Shown one piece after another: positions 48,523 through 61,520 of a stretch of DNA of 64,000 nucleotides. Each line of letters opens with the position of its first letter. The stretch's first letter is position 1. The notes below the pieces were generated by a model, which did not search any database, was not told the origin of the DNA, and saw only the letters and a program-made list of their open reading frames with translations. This DNA is from Octopus vulgaris (Eukaryota), in the NCBI GenBank assembly GCA_951406725.2, contig OX597817.1:127348001-127412000 (forward strand), given 5' to 3'. The position numbers and the translations under genes are program-made.

Positions 48523-50849
48523 ATGTTTCTTTATTAGCCACACAGGGCTGCACACAGATAGAACAAATTACAAGGTAGAGCTTTTCTTTTGAAGGTTTAA
48601 AAAAAAAAAAAAAAAAAAAAAAGGAAGGGGGAGTTTCGATCAAAAGGGATCGTAAAAGGAGAGAAAGAGGACAAAAAAGGGGGGGTTAAGAAAAAGGGGG
48701 AGAGAAAAAAAAAAAAAAAAAAAAAATTGATCAATAGGGATCGTTATCACAGAAATGTCAATATGAAGTGTAAAGGGGAGGACAGGTGAGGTTTACCCGT
48801 GGAAAGAAAAGCCTACGGAAAAGACCACGGTAACCTCGGTCAATGAAGTCACATTTTATATTTCTTTTTTTTTTTTTTTGCAAATAAGCAACTCTCTGTT
48901 TTCGATTTCTGGGTTCATAGGACTATGCTCAAGGTGGCTTCGTCATTCATACGTGCCATTCTTGCTACATTCACCCATCTTTTTTTAAAACATTCGCTAG
49001 ACAAAACTTGCCTCTCTACTCTCACTTTCCTTTTCAAGTGGTACTTGAAGAAGTTGATGAGAGATTGACCAGAGAGGAAAGTGTTTGTCTCCAATCCTTT
49101 CAGACGCGTCCACCAGATACATTCCTTCGCCATAGCCACAAGGATGATGAAAATAGCTCTTCCTTCCCGTTTGAAGGAAGGAGGCGTGACAATATTGACG
49201 ATAGACTCAGCTGATAAACCGACTCGTCCTACACGTGACAGCAGTTGTTCGACATAAGCCCACAGGTCGGAAATTGTTGGACACTGAACGAGTGCGTGCA
49301 GAACGGTTTCGTCGCTCTGACCGCATCTCGGGCAGGTCGGCCCCGTGTTTCTCGAGCCGTGTCTGTAGAGCTTATCCCGAACGGGTAGCGCTTCTCGGTA
49401 GCACTGCCAGGCCAGGGATCTCTGGAAGTTGTCCATGGGCCCTGGCCCGAAAGTCGTCCTGAACAGGCGGGTCAGGTACTCCTCGTCGACGTCCAGGTTC
49501 GCCCCGAGCTCGTCGTCGTACCTCCCCTCCACTAAACCCCTATAGAATGCTTTGGTTGTGTTGAAGTCACTTAAGGTCGACCCAGGACGGCAGAGTTGCT
49601 TGAGAGCAACGCGACACTCGCGGTGCCATTCGCCCTTCCTCGGCCTCTTTTTGATCCACGACTGCAGTTCGGTCATGGAGACGAGCTGCGGGAAAGCGTG
49701 CCTCACAAACGGCGACCACACCTGTTCACCGTCGTCTACATAGAGCCAGAGATGCCGCAGTCTCAGCGCGTGTCTGCGCATCATCAACCACGGCATGCCC
49801 AGCCCTCCTTTTAACGGGTGTTGACAGCAAATGGATCGCCTGACCATCGGGACGCATCCTTTCCACAAGAAGCGAAAGAGGATGCGTTGTAGTTTGGTGA
49901 TGGTAGGGTCGGGACAAGGTACGACGGTCAGGCGGTAGTAGATGACGGACGCGATGTACGTGTTCGCCACCTCCGCTCGACCTTTTAGGGACAGTTTCCT
50001 CTCGGCCCATTGCCGGGCGAGAGTGACCACCCTACTCGTTATCTCGTTCCAGTTCTTCTCCACTTGGAGGTCCGGACCAAACCAGACCCCGAGCAACTCA
50101 ACCGGGCCGTCGGTCCAGCGTCCCACGACGGAGGCGCTGGTGGACGGCATGGGCTTGCTTCTCCAGGTGCCTAGTCGCAAGCCCACTGACTTTTCCCGGT
50201 TGATTTTCGCTCCTGTCACCGCTTCGTAGTTTTTCAGTGTCTCGCCGACCAGCTCGATGTGCTCGTGGCTAGACACTATGACGGTGACGTCGTCCGCGTA
50301 TGCAGACACGCTCGTCCCGTATCCCAATTCTCGCGGGATGCCCCTTAGAGTCGCCAGCTTCCGCAGTAGTGGCTCAAGAGTCAATACGTATAGAAGCGCC
50401 GAGAGGGGGCATCCCTGACGGACCGAACGTGCAATGTCGAAAGGTCTCGATAGATGTCCATTTACGCGAATTACCGAACGGATGCCTCTGTACAAGGCAG
50501 CTATCCATCCGCGGAAAACGGGACCGAAACCAGCCGCTCTCAGGACTGCCCCCAAGTATCGATGGTCTACCCTATCAAAGGCTTTCGATTGATCCAAGTT
50601 GATCAGGGCCCCACCCATGCCAGGTTCGTTAACTACCCTGTCTATGATGTAGCGCATCAGATGGAGGTTGTCATGGATGGTCCGGCCTGGCACGGCGCAT
50701 GTTTGCGCCTTGTCGACCAGTTTCTCGATGACAAGCGCCAACCTCTTGGCTAGCACCTTGGCCAAAATTTTCAAGTCTGCATTAAGCAGAGTGATGGGCC
50801 TAAAGTTATCTATTACATTTCCCTTGTTTAGATCTTTCTTCAGCAGTGA
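48523..50849 (-). mobile_element. 5'-truncated Tx1-clade retrotransposon, element C, inserted in (GATA)n
   Basis: Uninterrupted RT-CCHC frame, ~390-nt 3' UTR ending AGCC-CTGTGT-GGCT-AATAAAG; GATA/GACA repeats on both flanks. Confidence 0.92.
48915..50849 (-). CDS. ORF2 of element C (RT + C-terminal zinc finger; endonuclease lost by 5' truncation)
   Basis: LLKKDLNKG..FRPITLLN..DQSKAFDRVDH..RQGCPLS..YADD..LLGVWFG..CPRC-X8-H-X4-C with no stop or frameshift; clearly homologous to but distinct from ORF2 of A. Confidence 0.9.
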   Translation of the reverse strand, partial: SLLKKDLNKGNVIDNFRPITLLNADLKILAKVLAKRLALVIEKLVDKAQTCAVPGRTIHDNLHLMRYIIDRVVNEPGMGGALINLDQSKAFDRVDHRYLGAVLRAAGFGPVFRGWIAALYRGIRSVIRVNGHLSRPFDIARSVRQGCPLSALLYVLTLEPLLRKLATLRGIPRELGYGTSVSAYADDVTVIVSSHEHIELVGETLKNYEAVTGAKINREKSVGLRLGTWRSKPMPSTSASVVGRWTDGPVELLGVWFGPDLQVEKNWNEITSRVVTLARQWAERKLSLKGRAEVANTYIASVIYYRLTVVPCPDPTITKLQRILFRFLWKGCVPMVRRSICCQHPLKGGLGMPWLMMRRHALRLRHLWLYVDDGEQVWSPFVRHAFPQLVSMTELQSWIKKRPRKGEWHRECRVALKQLCRPGSTLSDFNTTKAFYRGLVEGRYDDELGANLDVDEEYLTRLFRTTFGPGPMDNFQRSLAWQCYREALPVRDKLYRHGSRNTGPTCPRCGQSDETVLHALVQCPTISDLWAYVEQLLSRVGRVGLSAESIVNIVTPPSFKREGRAIFIILVAMAKECIWWTRLKGLETNTFLSGQSLINFFKYHLKRKVRVERQVLSSECFKKRWVNVARMARMNDEATLSIVL

Positions 50850-50856
50850 TAGATAA

Positions 50857-50909
<53 letters not shown>

Positions 50910-51128
50910 CAGACAGACAAATAGATGCAAGATTTTCATGCCAATATACACGTATGTATGTATGTATGTATGTATGTATGTATGTATGTATGTATGTATG
51001 TAGGTAGGTAGGTAGGTAGGTAGGTAGGTAGGTAGGTAGGTAGGTAGGCAGGCAGGAAGGCAGGTAGGTAGGTAGGTAGGTAGGTAGGTAGGTAGGTAGG
51101 TAGGTAGGTAGGTAGGTAGGTAGGTAGG
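50850..51128. repeat. (GATA)n, (GTAT)n, (GGTA)n compound microsatellite
   Basis: Direct reading. Confidence 0.95.
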
Positions 51129-52125
51129 TGTATGCAGCACCAGGATTTACATGGAGCACTACAGCAGAAACACACGTGCATACTCACACACACTAGTGCA
51201 CTTGCATACAGTACCGTTACAGATATGACTTTTTCTTAATATATTGTCATTTTTTTCTTCATGTAAGCTGTTAAAGCATCATTTTCGACGATGTAGCTTC
51301 CACTGTCGACCAAATGAAGTAATTATTAATTTAATTGTATTATGGGAGACTGACTACTCCACAAATCCTTATACTCCTTACACAATAATTATTTATATCT
51401 GCAGTACTAAATTCGGCAGGTATCAATGCAGTTTCCATCTAATCAATTTCATTTAGAAAGCTTTCGTCATCTTGAGGCTATAATAGAAGAAAAGGTTGCA
51501 AGTTTATTTCAAACCGAGTGATCTCTTCGATAAAATTAGCTGTTTGAAGCGCGTTTGCATTATGTGTGGAATCATACCAAATGATACATGAGTATGGTAT
51601 TGCCCTATTGGTTTATTAATCGTAAGTAGTGCTTACGACCAACCTTTGCTTTTGGATAGGATATCTCATTCTATATTGTTACAACAACTATCTGCAGGCC
51701 AATAATGTCCATCGCTCTCCAGAAGACATCACACACAAATCATGAAAAGTTCATGATGACAACAATATTTACCACCAAATATACAGTCATTATTAATTGC
51801 TCTATGCAACAGAGGAGGACGCAAAACTCGACGTAGACCATCGAAATTTTGCTGTGGACGACTTTACTCTAGAATAAGATAAACTAACTTGCTGGGCTAA
51901 GCCAGTCACCACTGGTAGAGGTGACAAGTTTCTTCGTAAATTATAAATTGATCTGCCCATCACCACCACGCAATGAGTAAAAACTTCTGAACATTGAAAA
52001 TCAAGAAGACACATGTTATAGTCAAATAAACACTCATGTTCGTTCATGTATCTGCGCACATAGACTCTTACAAATGCACATACTTCTACACCCATGGAAA
52101 GAGCGATATATACCATACAGTAATG

Positions 52126-52176
<51 letters not shown>

Positions 52177-52295
52177 TTCAGCAGAAAAATATCCTATATT
52201 GTACAAGGGTTGATAAGAATGATAAATGTGTAAAGTGCTTCTGCCGCACAATACGTGTGTATGCATGTATCTATGAATATATGCATCCTTGTATG

Positions 52296-52347
<52 letters not shown>

Positions 52348-54219
52348 CACATGTGTGTGTATCAAAATATGTATGTATAAAAGCAAAAATAAATTGTGTA
52401 AAGAGTGGAGTGGTAGATAGAAAAGGAAAGAGATTTTTGCCCGTTAATTTTATTTTGATAATGCAATATTTTCACTTAAGCTTTGAGTACCATTGCATCT
52501 TCAAATGAACAACTCTGCAGGAGAGCTTTTAAATGTAGGGAGATTGATAACTGAACAGTCTTCATATTGCCTCAAATAGCTGTTACGGTCGATAGAAACG
52601 ATTTCATGAGAGCAGCTGGATATCAAATGTATTGCATTTTATTTTGCTTCTTTATTTCTTTTTTTTTTCTTTTTAAGTGGGGTTTGGCAAGTGGTTGCTG
52701 AAACTCGACACTAAGTCTGGTTTTCACCTCCTGTATCACTAATCTATTCTTATGTGTCTATAGAAATTTCTGAATATTTTTCGATAAATAATCAATGGAC
52801 TGTATCTGCTGGTTATTTTGAACGATTTTTCAGTATTTATTTCAACCGTGTTTATATGACTTATTAATGTATAGAAAGGCAGAGGTACAGTTTAAAGTGA
52901 CCTTACTAATGATGTTAAAACCGATCACAAGTTATATTTACCGATGATCTAGTATCTATTCCTGGAGGCTAACAGAAAAACTAAGTCAATGTAGAAATAA
53001 ACATCTTGCTTCTCTATAGAATAAAATACTTGTGATGGAAGCCGAATGAATAAGGAAAATTTAACATGGTCACTCAACCTACTAAAGAGAGCAGAAGAAT
53101 CTCAGCTAAAGTTTGGTTTCTATAATATTGAATAGTTATGTTTTGAATATTCTTATGAATAGAATTATAGTCAGTCATGGCCAGTTTCTCACGCTAGTGC
53201 ATTCTAGTACTACAGACAAATACAAAATTCCTTCAATGCCCAGAGGTGTAGCTTAGTAGAGAATATTCTACAAGTTTGTTCAGCAATCTGACTCATCTTT
53301 GTACTCTGAATTATTGAAAAATCGAACTATTTTCGCCAATGTACTGCTATAACAGGGAGCTGCTAAGTGAAAACTCAACATTTATTTTTATTTTTTTGTT
53401 TTGCCAATTGTTATCTGTAAATAAGGCATTTTATTTGCTGACATGTCCAGATATTTGGTTGGCAGGATTTCGAGATTTATATAGCCGTACGTTAAGATAT
53501 AAAAATATAAATTCCTCCTAAACACGTAAACATTGTCATGGTCAAGGACGTAGCTTCGATAAACGATGTTGAGTGAGACACAAATCCAGCCTTGGATAAA
53601 AGACTTATTTTATTATACATAAGTTTTCTAGTTATTCCAAGGAAAATATAGTCAAGCACACATTTTAAGTATAGACTGAAGCTCTAACGTTATACATTTA
53701 TTAGAGAATAAATTATGGACAATAATCGTTTGTTCTGTCAGTAAGAAATGCTTTCCACGAGGACAATAAAGATATTAATGATTTAACATGGCGGATAGGT
53801 TGGTTCCTACACCAATATATCATCCATTATAAATATAGCTTTATACATACGCATGATTTTAGAAGAAATTCTGGTTAATAAAAGCTACGTTCTACGTCCT
53901 GGCAAGCAACACACTATCAATTTATTTTCTCTTCATACTGTATTTCTTCTCCATTTTTCCTGTAAGCGCTTTTGCGACAGTTCTTCAAATATTAAAACTT
54001 TTCCAGTCATTATTTGTTGTATTCTACGGTTAAATGGTTAACTCATTAGAACACATTCGTAAAATTGCCACTTCCTTACTAAATATTTAATCGCTTTGTA
54101 ATATAGTGACTGAAATCTGCAGTTAAAGATTTTGCTTCTAAATGTTACTATCAAATTCATTAATGCTATTTTTGTCAACAGTTAATGCACGATATCGTTA
54201 GTACTATTATTAATAATAC

Positions 54220-54392
54220 AGTTCTATATTTAAGAGATGAGGAATTATGTACATTATTTACATTATTTACATTATTTACATTATCTACATTTGACGGATA
54301 TTTGTCCTCATCTTCTTTGTTGTTAACGCAACGTTTCGGTTGATATACCCTTCAGCCTTCATCAGGGTTCTCATTCCTAAGATATTTTTCGA

Positions 54393-54438
<46 letters not shown>

Positions 54439-54453
54439 GTTGTTAATAATAAC

Positions 54454-54522
<69 letters not shown>

Positions 54523-54565
54523 TATAATAATAATAATAACAATAATGATAATAACAACAACAACG

Positions 54566-54631
<66 letters not shown>

Positions 54632-54785
54632 GTAATAATAATAACATCGAAAAATACCTTAGGAATGAGAACCCAGGTTCGAAATTTCCCCCAAGACACC
54701 TGACGAAAGCTGGAGAGTATATCAGTTGAAATATTGTGTTAAGAACAAACAAGATGAGGACAAATATCCATCAAATGCAAATAAT
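54220..54785. mobile_element. Penelope-like head-to-head inverted unit with two hammerhead motifs around (ATT)n/(AAT)n
   Basis: 54283-54397 is the reverse complement of 54640-54789 apart from a deletion; flanking direct repeat GTACTATTATTAATA at 54201-54215 and 54786-54800. Confidence 0.78.
54695..54740 (+). ncRNA. Minimal type I hammerhead ribozyme motif
   Basis: GACAC-CTGACGA-A-AGCTG..CAGTT-GAAA-TA-TT-GTGTT; the mirror copy on minus at ~54325-54370 has CTGATGA..GAAACGTT but lost stem I. Confidence 0.65.
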
Positions 54786-54804
54786 GTACTATTATTAATA
54801 TTAC

Positions 54805-55430
54805 GAAATGCAGTGAAATGACAGAATCGTCCCCGAGCCTGTCAAAATCCTTAGCGACATTTCGTTCGCCTTTACGTTGTGCGCTCAATCTTCGCCGAAA
54901 TCGACTTTACTTTTTAATTCTTTCGTGGTAAATGAAATAAGTACCACGTGCACTGGGGTCGATATAATCCACTAGCTCTTCCCTCAAAATTCCAAGCCTT
55001 GTGACTATAGTTGAAAGGCTTGTTATTTTAAAAAGAGGCGAGCTGGTAGAATCGTTTGTAAAACGAACAAAATGCTACGCAGTATCTTTTAAGCTTTTTA
55101 CATTGTGGGTTCAAAATCTGCCAAGGTCGACTTTGCCTTTCATCTCTCGGGGACACTAAAATAATTACCAGTCGAGTAATAGGGTCGATTTCATCAACCA
55201 ACCTTTCCCTTTAACTTTTAAACCTTGTGCCTAGAGTAGAAATGACAATTATTATCAAAAGGCGGTGAGCTTGCAGAATCTTAAGCACGTCGGACAAAAT
55301 GTTGAGTGTGCTAACGATTCCGCAAGCTCACCTGTCCATCTTAACGTTTTTGAGCTCAAATTCTACCAAGATCGATTTGCTTTGCATTCTTTTGGCTCGC
55401 TAAAATAAGTATCAGTTGAGCTGCCTTTAG
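54805..55430 (+). mobile_element. Three tandem degenerate SINE units (~220 bp)
   Basis: Repeated AGAATCGTT..AAAATG..GTCGACTTTGCCTTTCATC..AAAATAAGTACCAG..GGGTCGAT blocks starting ~54805, ~55030, ~55258. Confidence 0.75.
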
Positions 55431-55479
55431 TAGAAAGTATTCGTGATCCACTCCGCTTGTTTCTTTCCAACCTCCTGGA

Positions 55480-56930
55480 ATGGCAATTCTGCGAATAGGC
55501 TGTGTAAGTTCTTATGACATGGGGGTAGCGTGGAAGCAAGTTCGCTTGCTCAACGACCTTAGGTCACTACGTCTGAATGCAGTAACCATTAATGAGACGT
55601 ATTCGCTAGATCTCCTTATGGAGACTCCGACGTTTATGTCTACTCCAGTCAGACTGTGGCAAGAGGCATGGCAGTGCTGCTTCGGAAATGCCTTGACGTA
55701 AAGGTATTTACGGTTTTCCTTGACTCCGTTTGTAGATTGATGTACTCGGACGTAAACAGCAAGGAAGGCAACAGTAGAACCTTCAAGCTAGTAGCAGTCT
55801 ATGCTCCAACAGGAGCTAGAGGGCCGGATTTCTTTTAGATGTCTACAGATTTTCTAAAACACATTTCGCTCATTAATGTTAGTGTGTGACTAGAACAGAA
55901 TCTTGGACATGAGCAAAGATTACGTCAGAGTAGCTTATTTGGGAATGAAGTGCAAAAGCATCGCAAAACTTTTCAGTTATTTCTAACAATCTGACTGGAT
56001 TCGCCTCAATTTTCAGAGTACACTAATGTGGACTTTATGGAATCTCAGAGAGTCATCTAAGTCAGACTTAGATAAGGTTTTGATAAGGCTAGAAGATCGA
56101 CATGGTATTAGTTATCCACCGTTTCAGATTCGTTAGTTATTCAGACCACAAATTCGGGACCTTCAAAACCAATCTAGAAGAAACAAATAGGCAATGACCC
56201 AGTTATTGGACGATGAACTCGTCCTTCCCAGCACAAAACGATTTCAGTGATCTGATTATTATATTAACTAAACGGGAACTGACAGAAGCTCTCAACAAAA
56301 GCGGGTCGTGTATTTCTTGCAAAAGGAAAATCAGAGAAGCATGTGTTAGCTTTAAGAGAGAAATTGCCTTAGAAAGTAATAAACTACTTTAAAAAAAATA
56401 AACTACTTAGTAGCTTAAAAGAGGTACAGAGAAGAGAGATAAGAAACGACTTGCTAGTGGCGAGCACTCGCAACAATTTCTATGACGCAAAATACGAAGG
56501 TTGCAATTTCCAAGTTAGATTCCGTGAGCTGAAGTTCAAAAAGCTGTTGTATACTGCAACTGGTAACAAGCTGGAGGCATACCCAATCGTGTGAGTCGGA
56601 ATATGGTGACTCTGCTGAGGAATTATCCGAACAAACGGAACATCATTGAACGTTTCAGACCCATATATCTGCTTAACACTGTGTTAAGAGAATGGCCTTT
56701 GACTTAGGTAGTATCGTCGATGACGCGCAAACCAGTGTGATCACCAGAAGTTCTATCTTCTACAAACCCCACATGCGATACATCGTAACGGGTAGGAAAT
56801 AGATTTGGCTTTGGTGGGGCATTGGTCCATTTGATTAAGTCCAAGGCGTTTGACAGGGTGGACCAGAGCTATTTGATGGTTGTCCTAAACCAGTCGGTTT
56901 CCATCCTATCTTCAGAGGCTGGTTCACTAC
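55480..56930 (+). pseudogene. Old, internally deleted Tx1-like ORF2 relic (element D)
   Basis: KQVRLLNDLRS..INET, RGMAVLLRK..VFLD..KLVAVYAP, LDKVLIR, SDHK, FRPIYLLNT, SKAFDRVDQSYL, colinear with ORF2 of A. Confidence 0.8.
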
Positions 56931-57829
56931 AATACACAGTGGACCGACATGTGGACTTGTGTTCAGCTGCTGATGTCTCATGCAATACGAATTCCGTAGT
57001 CTGCCGAGTGTATAATGACGATCAAAGCACCACTTTCATTTGACAGATAAATGACGCTGATCATTCTCTGTTTAGATTTGTGGCGGAAGACGTTGCATGT
57101 CTGAAAGTTTTGGAGACTGACACTTTTCCTTGGGGGTCAAGCTCTCATTTTATCCCAGCTAAATTTGTCTCTCATATGCTCAAATGGAATGGCGATAGAT
57201 TTCTGGTCATGTATTTAGAGGGGGTCACTTGCTAGGCTTTCATAGTTTTTGTAAGGTGGTGAACGTTTCTAAAAATTATATTTTGTCTCCAACTCAAAAG
57301 TTCAGTAAAACCTAAATGTACACACCCACCTCAATAAATATTTATAACGACTCTGTTTTAATCGATGATTTCATATGAACTGAAATATTTTTTCCTTCTT
57401 TTCCTACCTTCGATCCTCAAAGTATGTCTATGGAGGGTTGAGGCATTCAAGTTTATAATCAAATGCTGTAAACCTCAAATTTATACAACCAACACCTATC
57501 TTATAGCCCATTCCTATAAATCTACATTACATATATCACCGTGGAAAGGCTAAACAGCAAGCTTAAGCTGGTGAAATATTAAAAATCGTATATATTTAAT
57601 TAAAAAAAAGATTACAAATATTTTTAATAAAATTCTACTGATTCACACATCCAACAGATAATACTAAAATTACATTAGACATTATCAGAATTAATATAAA
57701 AAACAAAGAAACAGTATACCTATCACATGTACGGCTTTTCTGATTTAAAGATAAGCATATAAATTAAAGATATGCGTATGAAAACCATTTATTATAAATA
57801 ATGGTTTTCAAAGTTTTTATAGTTTTCTA

Positions 57830-58450
57830 ATATAAGCACAAGGCCTGAAATATTTAGAGATAGGGCCAGTTGATTACATCAACTTCAGTACTCAACTGGT
57901 ACTTATTTTATCAACCCTGCAAAGATGAAGGGCAATGTTAACCTCGGTGGAATTTAAATGCAATTGGTGAAACCGGAATAAATGCTACAAATATTTTGTC
58001 TGGCGTGATAATGATTTCCGCTGTGTAAATAAGGTCTGAATGCTTAGAGGAAGAAGTTAGTCGATTACATTGAATCTAGTGCTGAAATGGTACTTATTTT
58101 ATTGACTCCCACTGGATGAAAGGCAAAGTGATCCCACGGTGAAATTGACCTCAGAACGTAAAACTGGAAGAAATGCTGCTAAGCACATTTGCTGGTGTGC
58201 TAAGGGTTCTGCCAGCATGCCACTTTTTTTCTGTAGATTATATTGGTTTCAAATTTTGGGACATTTTGTGGGCTGGGGGTAGTCAGTTACATCAACCCCA
58301 GTGCTAAATTGGTACTTATTTGACCGATTTCGGAAAAGATAAAAGGCAAAGTTGACCTCAGCGGAATTTGAACTTAGAACGTAAAGACGTGCAAAATGCC
58401 CCTTAGCATTCTACCTGGCGTGCTAACGATTTTGTCAGTTTACCAGTTTT
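57830..58450 (-). mobile_element. Three tandem degenerate SINE units (same family as 54805-55430)
   Basis: Repeated GGTACTTATTT..GATGAAAGGCAAAGT..GGAATTTGAAC..AGAACGTAAA..AAATGC blocks. Confidence 0.75.
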
Positions 58451-60824
58451 TTCCGTAAATTATATTAGCATGTAATTTTAGTCATTCGGGCTGTATACCT
58501 GCCTATTAACACTTTGAAGTGTTCTTGCACACTGATATGATAGAGGTTGAGGAGACTATAAATGTATATAAAAATTAATCATAGTATTGCACACAGAAAG
58601 ATTAAATACGAGGTCGACGGAAGCAGGATTTGAAATACTAAGGTGAAAATCGTAGCATTCATATCTCGAAAAGAGTCATTCAGCAATCTGCCAATTTTGC
58701 TCTCAGCAACAATTACAGGCTATAGAACTATTTATGCACACAAATGGAAAATTTGGAATTTAAAAAAACAAAGATACATATAATTCACATGCATAGAAAT
58801 TTACGCACAATTGCGCACACATACAAACAGACACAAACACCCTACACAGGAACTCACATATTCACACATATATGTATGTATATACATGTGTGTGTGTGTG
58901 CGCGTACATGTATAGAGATACACAAATAAATTCACATACTGGTAAGTCTTTCCATATGCGTGTATATGCACTTATATATACACACAAAAGCGTACACAGA
59001 CATGTTTATATTTTAATAGATATATCAGAAGAGATATTCACGGAAGCACACAAGCTTAAATCTATTTACGCTCACACGCAAACACACGAGCAAACAAGTA
59101 CACATTCACTTATAAAATACTACTGTAGTTACAGTTGAACATTTAACGAGATCTATCATTAATCACATTTTCCAACATGATACAACAATGCTTTGAATTA
59201 ATCCAGCCTGCGTAATTATAGTGAGATATAACATATTGCTTAACGTATATGGAGCCTTCGGTATATATTTTATTTGCTATCCGTTTGCTATTTGTTTAGT
59301 TTTCTCACATTTTATTTTATTTTTTAACTTGCTTGCTAGATTTGTATTTATTTTATCAAATTCTTATGCGATAATCCTTCCTACGAAATAGAAAGAAGAG
59401 AATGCAATAACAGAAACATACCTTGCTAAAACTCTAATACTATTATGATGTACAATACATTCTCATAATTATAACTGCACTTGCATTAATAGAATAGTGT
59501 CTACGAGAATAAAATCTGAGTTGAGCTGATTCCGATTATGTCGACAGCCACGCTTTCGTCAATGATCTTGAGAAAAGAATGAACGCCACTGCATGTCTTT
59601 TTTTTATCTATTTGGCAGTTAAACGAATATCATAGATAACGTTACGTACAAATAATTTTTATTTCAACAGGTACCAAAATACAGTTTAATTATTGAAAAC
59701 ATTAAAAGCTCTAAACATCATTCAAATGTTACTGAATGATAAATATAAAAATAGAGAAGTCATTTCGTAAAGAATACAATTATGATTGTCAAACGAGAAG
59801 TACAGTTCCTGAAGCTACACAATAATTAGCTATCTATTTTGAGAAATGGTCTCACGTTAAGTATGATACGACAGCTCGAAGCGTCATGATGTCGTTTACA
59901 TTAATGAAATATTTGGAATTAAATGTTCCCTAATAATTTGTAGTATGCGTTTTAATGTAGAGCATCCAATACTTTTAAGAAGTGGCGGAGAAAATGCTAG
60001 ATTAAACAAGTACTGTTCGAAAACGCTTCAGCTAGAATGACAGGTAATCTAGTATAGGAAAACCTATACTACACTGCTAAAATATATGTAAAGCTTTAAA
60101 AATGGTTGAATATTTGAATCTGAAATAATATCCCATAAATATAATTCTATGGAAATTCATGAACAAAAATGCTGAGCTCACAACTTCATATTGTAAAGAT
60201 ATAATGAGCACATTTGCACGAAAGATTTAATTCAGTACGTCTCAAAAATACATAACGTGCACTAGACAAATCATGTGAAAAAAACGTTTGGTGTTATGAA
60301 TTTACAAACTTACGTTGTTCTGTAGTGTAGAATTCAGAAGATAAAGTGAAACGAGTTTGAAAAACATTAATTTCTTATATTGGCATACGGTATTAGGGCA
60401 ATGATTAGATATGGTCCCTTTTCGTTCTTATTCGATACGTCGTCGCCAATTACTATGCCTCGTGGGATCTACTGCATAAATATCTTTGAAACTTCTTGAT
60501 GGCCCACTAGGTGACGTAAGAAATTATATTATTTCTTATGCGATATATTATAGTTCTGTTCTTTCGCTCTCTTTAGGAAAAATGTATATAAAATATCATT
60601 TATCTATTGAGATGTTCTGCATTCAGTGGATTACCTATCTCGTACAAATAAACTTAATTTACACTACAAGACAGATATATGTGTATATTTGCTATGCGAA
60701 TATAAACATACATACATGTGTGTGTGTGTACATATGTACGTATGTATGTGCATATGTATATATATATATATGTATGTGTGTATAAATGTGTGTACATATA
60801 TATATATGCATATATATATACATA

Positions 60825-60876
<52 letters not shown>

Positions 60877-61520
60877 ACTGAATTCTGGATCCGAAATTTA
60901 TAGCAAATGCAAAGATGTGGACAAATTTATTCCGTTCAGCAGGAGGACACTCCTTTCTATAAATTGAACAACTGTCTCGTAGACTTTGGACCACATTCTC
61001 AGCAACATCTAGCTTAATTATGGCCTAACGGCCAAACAGCACGGGGATCTAATTTTCTTTCGTTTCTATGCACCCTTACATTTTGTGCATCTACCTTCTC
61101 CTTCTTTCTCGTGATTTCTTGTGTACCAGCGTCCTGGTTTGCAAATTTAATAGACAATATGTTCAGACTATATGCTGAGATTGCTCGGTTAGTAGTTCGT
61201 ATATATATACTGTGTACACTAAATAATATTTATCTCTCACTGGCTGGAGTACTTCTTTTTTGTTGATGCCACAACGGTAAACTGTATTTATGAGTGTGTA
61301 TGTGTGTATGTGTGTGTGAATGAGTGTGTGAATGTGTGCGTAATACAGGTAACTTATTCGCAATTTACAAAGGAATGGCAGAAGTACAGACTAAAGTGAC
61401 TCTTATTTCTAGCTATACTGGTGTTAAATGCCTTTCAGTTGTAAATGCCTTTAATAATTTATCATTTTCAGTTTTACTATTTATGAAATCAGCGTACGAT
61501 CTCTACGGTAACTCTTATAA

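Noticed and set aside
50850-51140. N-terminal ~97 aa (PTYL/IHTY/SIYL repeats) of the 741-aa ORF as a real RT fusion
   Set aside because: It is stop-free microsatellite read in frame; RT homology starts at LLKKDLNKG at the truncation point
54805-55430. CRISPR-like repeat array
   Set aside because: Units are ~220-bp diverged SINEs in eukaryotic context, with no constant short repeat and unique spacers
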